From Mobula hypostoma (Eukaryota), in NCBI RefSeq assembly GCF_963921235.1, contig NC_086097.1, positions 36,148,001 to 36,212,000 of the forward strand: DNA of 64,000 bases, in the 5' to 3' direction. The notes below the pieces were generated by a model. The model made no database searches, had not been told where the DNA came from, and saw nothing but the letters and a program-made list of their open reading frames with translations. Positions within the stretch are counted from its first letter, which is position 1; each line of letters begins with the position of its first letter. Positions 24,480-37,320 of this stretch are shown one piece after another. The position numbers and the translations under genes are program-made.

Positions 24480-25365
24480 TGCATGTTTGCAGATGACACC
24501 ACTTCAAAAAGTCGCATTTCAAATAAGGATGAGTTGGACTACAGGAAAGAGATAGAAAGCTTAGCTTGTGACAATGAACCTACCGTCAATGTCAGCAAAA
24601 CAAATGAGCTGGTCTTTGACTTCAGGAAGGTGTGTCAGTGCGCAAGCTCCTGTCTTTATCAGTGGTGTTGAGTTCAGAGGGTGAGGGCTTCAGGTTCCTA
24701 GAGTGAGCATTATCAATAGCCTATTGTGGTCCAACTACGCTGACAAAAGCTCATCAGCACCTCTACTTCCTCAAGAGGTGAAAGAAATCTGGTTTGTCAC
24801 TGTCTACCATTTCTAATTTTTATCAATGCATGAAAGAAAGCATGCTATCAGGATGCATCATGGCTTGGTGTGGGAAGTGTTCTGCCATTGCAGTAATTGT
24901 AGAGAGCTGTGGACACAGTTCACCACATTATGAAAACTAGTCTCCCATCATAGACTCTGTCTCAATAAAGTAGCCAGGTGAATCAAAGAGCCCACCCATC
25001 CTGGGCATTTGCTCTTTGCTCATCTTCCATTGAGCAGAAGATATGTTGATTCTTTTCCATTGATGCTGCTTGACCTTCTGAGTTCCTCTAGCATTTTGTG
25101 TGTTGCTTTGGATTTCTAGCATCTGCAGATTTTCGCGTGTTTAGAAGATATAAAATCCTAAAAGCACGCCCAATCAAGAACAGCTTCTATCACACTGTTG
25201 TAAGATTATTGAGCAGTTCTCTGGTACATTAAGATGGACGGTTAACTTTACAATCTACCTCGTTATGATCTTTCACTTTATTGTCTACCTGCATGCCACT
25301 TTCTCTATAGTTGTTACACTTTATTCCGTATTTTGTTATTGTTTTAACTTGTACAACCTCAATGC
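24480..25365 (+). mobile_element. Rex1/Babar LINE 3' fragment with an inserted PLE tail (about 25050-25142)
   Basis: MFADDTTSKSRISNKDELDYRKEIESL...VNVSKTNELVFDFRK. Confidence 0.75.
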
Positions 25366-25879
25366 AGAGGGTGAATCTGTCAGAGAGTGGTGAACCTGTG
25401 GAATTCTTTGCCACAGGCAGCTGTGGAGGCCAAGCCTTTACGTATATTTAAGGCAGAGGTTGATAGATTCTTCATTGGTCAGGCATGAAGGGATACGGGG
25501 AGAAGGCAGGAGATTGGGGCTGAGGGAAAAATTGGATCAGCCATGATGAAATGGTGGAGCAGATTCGATGGGCCAAATGGCCTAATTCTGATTTAGGTGA
25601 TTGCTAATATGCACTTAGTTATTCTTCTAAATTTGTTTTGCCAGGGATTCTAACCAGGAAAGAGTAGGAACAAAACTTAATAAATTACAAGAACCAAGTC
25701 AAGAATGACAAAAGCTCAGTCTGCATTGGTATTAATGCCAGTGTAGAGAGTTGGCTGCACTAACATGTAGACTAGCATTTACAGGTATGAATATGAGTGG
25801 AAACATTTAATAACAAGTTTCCAATTGCTGATAAATCCCATCAAGTAACTCCATTAAAGCATCTTTGTTCCACGATCAG

Positions 25880-27190
25880 TTCGACATCAATCATATAAAT
25901 ATCAGCAAAGTAATGGAAGGGGTCATCAATGATGCTATCATGCAGCACCTACTCGGCAATAACCTGCTTTCGGATGCCCAGTTTGGGTTCCGTCAAGGCC
26001 GCTCAGCTCCTGACCTCATCACCAAAGAGGTGAGGTGAGAGTGATAGCCCTCGACATCAAGGCAGCATTTGACCAAGTATAGTATCAAGGTGCCCTGGCT
26101 AAAATAGAGTCAATGGGAATTAGAGAGAAACCCCTCCACTGGTTGGAATCATACCTGACACAAAGGAAGATGGCTGTGGTGGTTGGAGGTCCATCATCTC
26201 ATCCTCAAGACATCACTGCAGGAGTTCTTCAGGGAAGTGTCCTAGGACCAACCATCTTCAGTAGCTTCATCAATGACCTTCCTTCCATCATAAGGTCAGA
26301 AGTGGGGATGTTCGCAGATGACTGCACAATGTTCTGCACCATTTGTAACTTTTCAGATAGTGAAGCAGTTCATACCTGGACAATATCCAGACTTGGGCTG
26401 ACAAGTGGCAAGTAGCATTCGAGCCATGCAAGTGCCAGGCAATGACCATCTCCAACAAGAGAGAATCTAACCATCATCCCTTGATATTCAGTGGCATCAA
26501 CATCACTGAATACCCTACTATCAACACCCTGGGGTTATCATTGACAGGAAACTGAACTGGTCTAGCCATAAAAACACTGTGGATTCCAGAGCAGGTCAAA
26601 GGCTAGGAATCCTATGGCATGTAACTCACCTCCCGACTCCCCAAAGCCTGACCACCATCTACAAGGCTCAGGTCAGGAGTGTAATGGAATACTCGCCACT
26701 CGCCTGGATGAATGCAGCTTCATCAACACTCAAGAAGCTCAACACCATCCAGTACAAGGCAGCCCACTTGATTGGTGCCCCTTCTACAAGCATTCAATCC
26801 CTCCACCATCGACAAACAGTTGCAGCAGTGTGTACTATCTACAAGATACACTGCAACAACACGCCAACGTTCCTAAGGCAGCACCTTCCAGACCCACGAC
26901 CACTACAATCGAGAACAGCAGATACCTGGGAACACCACCACTTGGTAATCTCCCTCCAAGTCACTCACCATCCTGACTTGGAAACATATCACCGTTCCTT
27001 TATTGTCGCTGGGTCAAAATCATGGAATTCCCTCCCTAACAGCACTGTGGGTGTACCCACACCTCAGGAACTGCAGCGGTTCAAGAAGGCTGCTCACCAC
27101 CACCCCCTCAAGGGCAACTAGCAATGGGTAATAAACGCTGGCTTAGCTGGCAATGCCCACATCCCGCAAATGAATAAACAAAAAAAATCA
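25880..27190 (+). mobile_element. CR1-group non-LTR retrotransposon 3' portion (RT plus tail)
   Basis: ALDIKAAFD, WLESYLTQRK, GVLQGSVLGPTIFSSFINDLP, MFADDCT, YKAQVRSVMEYSPLAW; tail gcccacatcccgcaaatgaataaacaaaa. Confidence 0.9.
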
Positions 27191-28281
27191 AAGAAGAAGA
27201 AAGATGTTAGAAGTGTAAGGTTGCGTTAATCAAATTATCGCAAGTCTTTTTTTTGGATAAGTAAAGAATGGTGTGAGAAGAGGGAGGGGTAGGGGCATAT
27301 TGTTGAATTAGAGAGTGTTAAGTGAGCTGAGAGACAGAGCGAGCTGGGAGATAGAGAGATATAGAGTGAGATAGCAAGAGCGCAAGTGTGAGGGAGCTGA
27401 GAGAGTGAGAGGGAGTAACTGAGTGATTGGTATGGTGAGTTCTCAATCACATCATCTGCATTTAGAGAGTAAATAATGTTCAGAGATATTATGCTTGCAA
27501 GGCAACTGCATACAGGATTGATCACCTGTAGGGAGAGGCCAGCAGGTGCATTTCAAGGTTAAAGTATGTACACTGCAGCAGACAGAGGTTCTGCTAATTT
27601 TTAATCTTTACATCATATCTTTGGAAACTTTATTGTACAAAATGTCATTTGTGATGTTTGCAGTGTTTTGTTTATGACGTCTGGTTGGGTTTGAATTAAC
27701 TGTTTAAAGGAGCTGAGTTGCACTGCTCTGTGAGCCTGATCAGATTTACCCTATCTGACAGGTTGGGGAAAACAGTCATCAGAACTCAGAAATAAAGCCA
27801 TAGGAGAAACCCCCTACACCCAAGTGATCGAGGACAGTGATGGAGCTCTGGCACTCCCCCATTTTGAAAACCACTTGCTCTGATGATAAGGGAGAGTTCC
27901 CTGGTGCTGCTCAGTACTATTAATGCCAACAAGTGAATATTGTGAGGGAGTGTCTATCATTCTATGACTCTCCTGTTGATTTTATCTTCAGTGTTAAAGA
28001 TACCAATACTTACCTGGCACGCAGTCTTCCACTGAAGGCTATAGGATCTTGTTACGCAATGCCTGAGATCATGAAGCATGTGATTTTAATCAGAGAGGGA
28101 AAATATAAATTGCAGTAAGTTGAGAAAATGAGGAATGAAAAGGATACCGTATTAGAGCTGGCCCTGGATGTAACATTGATGCAGAGTTGTACTGAAGAGG
28201 AGGAGTGTTTGGTCTTCTTTGTACCGCATGAACACAGTCTGATGACGTACCAACTCATCGTTCAGTCACAGAAGTGCAACG

Positions 28282-28805
28282 ACATTGAGTAGCCACTTTA
28301 TTAAGCACCTCCTGCATTTAAGAAGGTGGCCACTGAGTGTCTGTTCATGGTGTCTTCTGCTGCTGTAGACCACCCACTTCAGGCTTTGACTGCCGTGTGT
28401 TCACAGATGCGCTTCTGTGCACCACTGTTACTCGATTATTGTCGCCTTCCTGTCTGCTTGAATCAGTCTGGCCATTTGCCTCCGACCTTTCTCATTAACA
28501 AACTGCTGCTCACTGGATTTTTTTTTTTGTTTCCCACACTATTCCCTGCAAACTTTAAAGGCTGTTGTGTGAGAAAGTCCCAGGAGATCAGCAGTTTGAG
28601 ATATTCAAACCACTCTGTTCGGCACAAACAATCATTCCACGATCAAAGTCACTTAGATAATATTTCTTCCCCTTTCCGTTATTCGAAGTGAACAACAACT
28701 GAACCTCTTGACCACGTCTGCATGCTTTTATACACTGACTTTCTGTCACATAATTAGATATGTGCATTAATGCACAGGTGTACCTCATAAAGTGACCACT
28801 AAGTG
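28282..28805 (-). mobile_element. Tc1-derived non-autonomous DNA transposon, copy 1
   Basis: TIR-like ends agtagccactttattaagcacc / ggtgtacctcataaagtgaccactaagtg-TA; transposase N-terminal remnant GKKYYLSDFDRGMIVCA. Confidence 0.8.
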
Positions 28806-30550
28806 TACGTGCGAGATTATCTGAGTAGACCACAGCTACAGAAAGACCGAGATGACAGATTCAGAATAAGGCTTTGGGGTTCTCCACATATGGAGAAGTT
28901 ATTGTATGGTGTAGTGTCACTGACGTGCATCACAGGCAGATCCCCTCCCATCATCCCATCATCGGTAGCACCTATAGGAGGCACTACCTCAGGAAAACTA
29001 CATCCATCGAAGATTTCCACCATCCTTGCCATGCCATCTTTTTTTGCAGCTACCATCAGGCAAGAGGTAAAGGCTGAAGACGTACACCTCAAGTTCAAGA
29101 GCAGCTAATTCCCTTCAGCTCTTTGCTTCTTGAACTAACCAGCAAAACCTTAATCACTGCAGTTTATCAACATTATGATCACTTTGCACGAAGATTCTGT
29201 TCTTTTTGTTTTAGCTGCATTCTTTCTTGTAAAAATTTTGTATAATTCATCTTTAATTTCTTGTGAATGCTGCTTGTATGATCTGAAGTGCCGGTGATGC
29301 TGCTGCAAGGAGAGGGAAATTGAGAAGAGCTTTATTTGCCACACGTACATCGAGGGAGGCATACAATGAGATGTGTCGTTCGTGTCAATGATAAACACAG
29401 TCAGAGAACGTGCTGGCGGCAGCACCAGCAATGCGTGCCCTCAGCTTACTATCCCTGATAAAGTAAGGGTTCGTAAGTTATTCATTGCACCTGTGCTAAC
29501 GAGGATAAATTGGATTATAGACTATAACCATATCTGAAATTCGGGTGAGGGCTTCACACTTGTGACAGCGACGACAACGAATGTTGACTCATCACCACAG
29601 TGACGCCTCATTGACTTCAATCAACTAACAATAACAAACAGAACCTGTGTAATTGGCTTTATTTAAAGGAGCTCATTTCACGATGATAACCTGAGGGGAT
29701 TGTTGCTGTTGAGAAGTGATGCAGATCCATTGAGAGGTGATGCAGAACTAAACAAAAGAAACGATTAAATGAGGTAAATACATTCACTTCGTTAATGACC
29801 ACTGAGTGCACTACAACAGACCATCATTGACTAGGAACATGGTTAATCAATATCATCAAGCTTCAACTCTGAAATACCTGATTTCCCTGGAGAGCAAAAT
29901 ACTTCAGTCTTTAACATCCATAGCTATCTGAGTAGATAGCAGAGATACAAGGCTCCCGGAAAGAAGTTCTAAATTACCCAATCTTTATCTTAGTCTGTGT
30001 TCTTAGTTCTAAACTTCCCAGCTAGGAAAAACAGCCTTTCAGCATCTACTGTGTTGGTAGAAAAGATGTGGAGGTGCATGGGTCAGGGTTTGTGGGCAAT
30101 TGGACATTATAGTTAGGGTTAGGGGATAGAGGTGAGCGGCTGGAGAAGAGAGGGCTGTGGAGTTTAGGGTGTAGGGTAGGATTGGGAGGCCGGAGGAGAG
30201 AGGAGTGCGGAGCTTAGGGTTAGGTATAGGGTGGGAGATGGAGGTGAGGGTCCAGTGGGAAGAAGGGGTGCCTGGCAGGGAGAAGGTGGGCGGGGTGGGA
30301 GTCCCTTCAGGGAGAACCTGAAGATTCTGCATTTCTTGCTCCACCTACAAGATGATGTAAAGATCGACTCGTGTTACCTTCCACCTTATGTGCTGATCCA
30401 GGTACAGTATGCTAACCAGAAAAGTGTAAGGCTGGCTTCTTACTTGCCAAGGCTTGAAAGTTGGTACAGAAAATCAACAAGTGTGAGTGTGCATACACTC
30501 AAATTACAGCAATTGACTGATGCACTGTATCAGTATGAAGAAGAAGAAGA

Positions 30551-31035
30551 AGATGGTGGCACGATGTAGCGCGCAGTGGCCACTCCGGAATGAATATCTG
30601 TTATTTGTCAAGTAGGGTGCCGTGCACAATCCTGATTTGATGGAGACGGATGTGAGAGCATGGAGGAACATCTGGTGAAACTGCTGAAATGCCTGTTTCG
30701 CTGCCGCTGCTACTGTGTGATCCAGAATCTCCGGAGGGGAAGGCCCCGAGTCCTCGGCTTTGCCTGCTGCTTGGCGGCCGGGGTTGGGGTCGAAGCGCTC
30801 GGCAGAGATGGTGCTCGGTGCTGGAGGGCTGGTCGGAGGCTCGAAATTTTCGGACGGACTCAGAGTCGGCTGTGGTCAGGTGCTTCCAGGGTGCTGCATC
30901 AGCAAGTTTGCGACGCTGGAGGTTCATGGCAGGGAGAGTTTTTCTTCTTTCTACCACTTGTGTGAGATGATGGAGCTATCAGGACTTTGAGAAGTTTTTT
31001 ACCGTGCCCATGGTCTGCTGTTATCAATTTATGGT
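30551..31035 (+). mobile_element. Unclassified interspersed repeat (AAGATGGCGGC-initiated family), copy 1
   Basis: Co-linear with 41982-42550 over about 480 bp. Confidence 0.75.
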
Positions 31036-31049
31036 GAGAATAAAATCAG

Positions 31050-33380
31050 GCCTATAGGATGTTATGTAGTTAAACCATTTTTCCAGTATGAATAAAATTG
31101 TTCCAACTTATGATTAACAGATGTTGTTATCTTCTCCATTTTGTAAATGTCCATTGTAATTTCTATCCATACATTTAAAGTTGGGCTCTCCTGAGATAAC
31201 CATTTCCTGGTAAGGGTCTTTTTACCAGCCACCAGCAGTACATTCATTATATATTTATAATTATCTCTTTTCAACCATTCTTGAGGTATATACCCAAAAT
31301 AAATGGTCTTATTCTCTAAGTGTATTTATCTGTTAGTATATCATTGAAATTTGCAGAATATAACTTAATCAATCTACTCCCTGAACAAATAAGAACCAAG
31401 AAAAGTGAATAATAAAAAGAAAGGTAAGGAAGGTGTGATTCCAAGGCTGGGGTCTCCAGATGACCCTGGGCTGGGCTAGGAGAAAAGTCTAGCCATGGGG
31501 GACAGCCCCTCCTACCTGTGGGTTGAGGGCCCTCGCTGCAGTACCGATAAAAGTAATAAAAAAAACTCTGTCTATTACACAGAAATGATTTCCCTGTGTA
31601 TTCCTCCCATGTATATATTCTCATTTAGGTGGGGAAAAAGGAATGAATGAATGATTTTTTTTTAAACTGAGTAATATAAAATCCACATTATAACACGTAT
31701 TTCTCGAGATAGGTATATCACTGTCTATTTTTGCTTCTGTTTAGTTTATCAGCACTTTTAAAGTTAGCCAAACCTTATGACTCTTCTGGAGAAGGTGAGG
31801 GCTGCCCTCGGAGAACTGACGGTCTCTTCCTAAAATCCTTCTCTCGTCCTGTTCCCGTCCCCTGCTTTCTAGGTTCTCTTACTATTTCCCAAGCAGTTCG
31901 CGACAACTGCTCAGCCAGAGTTTCCTTTGGTTTGACCACGCTAATGTTGTTCATGTCTGTAGTCACCTCCTCCACCATCAGAGGCGATGCGTTGCTTCTG
32001 ATCTGGGCCGACATTTACGTGCCGGGTGCCACCTAATTAATTAGCTTGTTTATTTCGGCTTTTTTCTTAAAGATGTGCTGGGTGCGTCCTGGCTACCTCT
32101 GTACCCCTGCATGCTTCGCGGATCCGTATCGGTTGCTGCCCGGAGGGTGGGAGGCCACTGCACCACCCCAACCTCCGACGACTCAGTCTAACACACCATC
32201 ATCAGTGTGCTCGGCGCTGTCTTCCCGATTCCGGTAAGTGATACTACACTGTACATACATTATTTCTACTTTATATAGGCTGTGTATTTTTATGCATTAT
32301 TTGGCAGCTTCATAGCTTAAAGGTTACTGGAGAGAGTGTTTCTGCCGACAGCGCTTGAATGATTGTAGCGGCAATGATTGTAGAGAAGTATTTCTACCTT
32401 ATATAGGCTGTGTATTTATCATATCATTCCTGCTTTTACTATATGTTACTGGTATTTTAGGTTTTATGTGTTATTTGACATGATTTGGTAGGTTATTTTT
32501 GGGTCTGCGAACGCTCACAAATTTTTCCCATATATATAAATGGTAATTGCTTCTTCGCTTTACGACATTCCGGCTTATGAACTGTTTCATAGGAATGCTG
32601 TACCTTCGGATGGTGAGGGAAACCTGTATATGAACTTCCCGTTCCAAAACACTCTCTTCTTACCCCAGGCCCTTGAATCGAAGGAATCTAAGTACAATGG
32701 AGCGCGGTTTACCTTCTCTGTCTCCGGGAGGCCGCTGGACAAGCGAATGGGACGCCCTCTCAATTTCAATCTCCGTAGTCTGAGGAATCTCCAGCACTTC
32801 CTGCAGCAGCTTGTCTACAAAGTCCATCACCGACAATCCCTCCGCTCCTTCAAGAACATTATAACTCCTGTTATCTTTCCGTCGCGATCTTCCCTCCTGA
32901 TCAAGCAATTTACTTTCCTGTTGATTTAATATTTTTATTGCCTTGATTAGTATCTGTTCCACATTTTGCACACGATCTTCCATCTTCTCAATTCGAGTCT
33001 CTGCTACCGCTATTTTCTGACTGACATTGGCAAGCTCTGACTTGATATCATTGAGTTGCTGCTTTGTATCTTTCTGGACTTCCCTTATCTCTTCCAAAAT
33101 CCTTATCATATTTGCCACTTCTCCTGCACGAGGCCCAGCATCAGCCTCGCCGTCACACGCACGTGTAGGAGAGCCGCGCACTGTACCTCTCTCTTCCATA
33201 GGCTTCGCAGCGGTGCTTTTTATTAATCTCCATTCTTTTTCCCCATTCTTGCCCCCCTTATCAATTCAGATATTTTCGAAAGATCTTATATTTGATGGAT
33301 TAACGGGGCAAAATATGTGTTTTTCTGGAGGAGCTGTTAACTTAAGCTGCCATTCTGAACGATGACGTCACCGGAACCTC
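31050..33380 (-). mobile_element. L1/Tx1-clade derivative: 5'UTR, ORF1, spacer and only the last codons of ORF2 (HAL1-like), interrupted by a Tigger-like fragment
   Basis: ORF1 coiled coil plus LLDQEGRSRR...EGAEG...IEIERASH...KPRSIVLRFLRFK (33199-32660); ORF1 C-terminus at 32014-31775; ORF2 end AGKKTLTRKWLSQESPTLNVW...YKMEKIT (31274-31062). Confidence 0.8.
32010..32626. mobile_element. Tigger/pogo-like non-autonomous DNA transposon fragment
   Basis: Right end ccttcggatggtgagggaaacctg-TA (CAGGTTTCCC-type TIR plus TA); splits L1 ORF1; left TIR not found. Confidence 0.55.
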
Positions 33381-34227
33381 CGAAAATGGAGCGGTTTTGA
33401 ACTACCCATGCAAATCCCACATTGCACTCATTGTGTGGCTTGGGAAAACTCTGTGGTTGCAAGCTAAATGCAATGGCTGTTATTACAAATGGTCTTCTGT
33501 GTCGAAGCTTGACACTGCACCAGCAAATGCATTCATCCGGGTATCAGCACAGAGGGGAGGAGGAGCACGGGCAGACGCACCAGTTCGTGAAACCCCAATT
33601 TCCAGAATTAAACCAAGAGTAACTGATTTTATAATAACTTAGAGAAGGATGGGCAGTGTTGGACAACAACATAATGGAATGCACAGGGTGTCTAAGCACA
33701 TAGGTGACTTGAGCCTTGCTACACCATATAGGTAGCAAATGAAAGAAAATGGTGGCTCAACAATGCGTAGGGTTTGTAATCAGCTGGAGGATGTTTAACC
33801 ATTCTTGCGGATCATTTGTACAGGTTTGAGATGCTTTACATGGTCAATAATATTCTTAAGTGGAGAACATTATTCATTGAATGCTCCAGGAATGTAAAAA
33901 AAATTGGCTCTGAACTTTATTGCACAGTCAATAACCTATTGCCTCCTGAATAACCCGAAGATATTCTTCTTGCAAAAGTAGGAGAGAAGGGCTAGGTTGA
34001 TCTTGGAGTAGGATAAAAAGCTGGCACAGCATCATGGACTGAAGGGCCTATACTGTGTTATAACGTTCTTAAAAAAAAATAAGAAATGGAGGACTACTCC
34101 AAATCATAGCTTCTTAATAAACTACAGAGCTAGAAATTAGGTGCATGCAACCAACAGATAAGGTAAACACGAAACAATCATGCTCGCCTTCATAGGTCCG
34201 AACAAAAATACATAAGATGGGACATTA

Positions 34228-34781
34228 CATTCAGTGGCCACTTTAGTAGGTACTTCATTTATCTAATAAAGTTGCCATTGAGCGTACGTTGGTGGTCTTC
34301 TGCTGCTGTAAGCCAACCACTTCAAGGTTCAACATGTTGTGCATTCAGAGATGCTCTTCTGCACACCACTATTGTCACACGTGGCTGTCTGAGTTACCGT
34401 CACCTTCCTGTCAGCTTGAACCATTCTGGCCATTCTCCTATGACTTCTCACATTGACAAGGCATTTTCACCTACAGAACTGCCTCTGATTGGATTTTATT
34501 TTGTTTCTTGCATCATTCTTTGTAAACTCTAGAGACTATTGTGCGTGAAAAGATCAGCAGTTTCTGAGATATTTAAACCACCCCTTCTACCACCAATGAT
34601 TACTCCACAATCAAAAGTAACTTAGATCATGTTTCTTCCCCATTCTAATCTTTGGTCTGAACAACTGAATCTCTTCAGCGTGTTTTTTTTTGCATTGAGT
34701 TGCTGCCACATGATTGGCTGATTAGATATTTGCATTAATGAACAGGTGTACAGGAGCACCTAATAAAGTGGCCACTGTGCG
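34228..34781 (-). mobile_element. Tc1-derived non-autonomous DNA transposon, copy 2
   Basis: TA-cattcagtggccactttagtaggt ... acctaataaagtggccactgtgcg-TA; internally co-linear with 28282-28805. Confidence 0.85.
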
Positions 34782-34822
34782 TACACGGCAACTTTATAAA
34801 ACACTGGTTAGATCGCACTTGA

Positions 34823-34920
34823 AGTCCTGAAGAAGGGTGTCGGCCCGAAACGTTGCTTGTTTACTCTTTTCCATAGACACTGCTTGACCTGCTGAGCTCC
34901 TCCAGCATTTTGTGTGTGCT
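34823..34920 (+). mobile_element. PLE tail fragment with a hammerhead-like motif, inserted in a CR1 fragment
   Basis: agtcctgaagaagggtgtcggcccgaaacgtt...ccagcattttgtgtgtg; cttgaa on both sides. Confidence 0.65.
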
Positions 34921-37019
34921 TCCTTGAAATATAGTGTCCAGTTTTGGTTACTGTGCCATAAAGTGGATGTACAGATTGCAGAGATTTACCAGGATGGTGC
35001 CTGGATTGAAGGACTTAACTATGGGGAAAGGTAGTGTTTATCCTGGAGCGAAAGTACCTTGGGGGGGGGGGGGGTGACCCGATTTAAAAAAAAACTAGAA
35101 GCATAGAAAGGGTAGATAGTCAGAATATTTTCCCCAATAGGAGTATCAAGGTGAGAGGAAAGAGTTTTAAAGGGGATTTGAAGAGAAAGATTTTTTTTAA
35201 AAAACAGAATAGTTATTATCTGGAACTAGCTACCAGAGGAATTAATGGAATCAGATACAATCACTACATTTAAAATACATTTACAGACACATTTAAATAG
35301 GCAAGGGATTAAAAAAAAATACAGACCAAACGTAGACAAATAAAATGAGTGGGTAAAAATGTCAACATGAATGTGAAGGGATGAGGGACTTGTTACCGTG
35401 CTACATGAGTGTGATTCTGCAACAACTCCCAAAACTTTGGTCCAGAAACAGAGGCAGCATCGTGGGACCACAACACAAGTGACTCAAGTCAGTATTACAT
35501 ATGAACTTTGTCTTGCCCGGATAACTTTCAGAAAACTGGAAAAAGAGACACAGAAATCAAAACACACAAGACAAGTGCTCTATTTCTCAAACCAAAAGCA
35601 CAAATGAAAGGACTTCCTTGTAACATGCCATAAACAGAACATTTCCAAAACAAAATGACTACATAATTAACTTGTATGCAGTGTGAGACTATAGCATTTT
35701 ATGGTCACTGTCATTATTGAAATAAAATCACTGGAAATTCAGATGCGCACTACTGCACGCTATTCCATCATGGGGAAAATATATACACCAGCCACTTTAT
35801 TCACCTACTTTTAGTAATAAACAGTCAGTCTTAATCCTTGTTCAAAACTTTTGAAAGTTTTGGAACAATTGCAATTAATGGCATACTCTTCTGATTGAAA
35901 TTTGGCTTGCCAGTTGTGGTGGTGGGCTATACAAACATCCAATTCTGTAGGCAAAAACTGGTCTGCAAAGCAAACATTTCATTAGGAGAATGCATTTAGA
36001 GCTCTCACAGATATATAAACATCATTCTGAAAATGACCATTAGCCAAATAGGATGTCATTTTTAAAGAATCATACAAGAGTCACTGGAGTAAAAGCCCAA
36101 CTGCAAATCTGGTGTCAAGTCAATTTTGTACAAACCAAGGCCAATTGAAATTACATAGTGTTTTGGGTTAGACTGCATCTGGAACACTGAATAGTGTGCT
36201 CTCCCTATCTGTGACAAATATACTCACAAAGAAGGTTCACCAAATTAATTCCTGGGAAGCAAATCTTGCAGTTCAACTATCCTATACACTCTTAAGTTTA
36301 GAAGAATGAAAGGTGATTGAAACACACAAATTTATTTTTCTGGGACTTGCTTAAAAGGGAAGATGCCAGGAGGATGCTTCCTACTGTAGTTGAATTCTCC
36401 TGTGTTAAATGTGTTCACTGCCTAACACTTCTGTGGAAGGACAGTGAGATGCCTCCTATCTGCCCTTGCCTGAATGTTGTTCAGGTCCTATTGCATGCAG
36501 GCATGGTGGTGCTTCATTTACTGAGGAGCTACGAACCTACACCTACTTCTGAGCAGCATGGAATGAAAATCACTTTAAGCAGCTGAAAGTGTTTGGGCTG
36601 AGGACACTGACCTGAAGAACTCATAGTGATATCCTGGAATAAGATGACTGACATCCAGAAACCACAATCACGCCCTTTGGGTGAGGTATGACACCAATCA
36701 CGGGAGTTATTCCTCTTTGATGAACATTAACATCTATTTTCCCCAAGCACCTTACACTAGTGTCAAGTGCTGCCTTGATGTCACCTTACCTCTGGAACTG
36801 AGTTCCTTAATCCACGTGTTCATGAACATGCATGGCTCAATGCATGGTTAAAGAACAGAGCCTCATCTTCAAATCAAGCACATCCTATTGACCTATCACC
36901 CAAATGTACCTTTGTCAAACTCCCTCTGTTGCCATAACCATCACCTGATTTCATTACTTCTGCTCTCTATGGGCCACAACTTCCCTTTGATTCTCCCCCA
37001 CTTTCTCTGCAATTAAAGG

Positions 37020-37320
37020 CCTCTGAGTTTGGACAAGTCTAGAATTAGATGTCATGGGTTAAAGTGAAGTGTTTGAGGGCAACATGAGGTAGAACTTCTT
37101 CACTCAGAGGGTGGTGAGAGTGTGGAACTGGCTGCCAGTGCAAATAGTGGATGCGGGATCCATTTTAAATGTTATGAGAAGTTTGGATAACACATGGATG
37201 GGATGGATATGGAGGGCTATGAACCAGGTGCAGGTTGATGGGTTCAGACAGAGTAATGATTTGAACAAACTAGATGGACCAAAGGGCCTGTTTCTATGTT
37301 ATAGTGCTCTATGACTCTAC
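37020..37320 (+). mobile_element. CR1 3' end
   Basis: NFFTQRVVRVWNWLP; tail gggcctgtttctatgttatagtgctctatgactcta. Confidence 0.75.
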
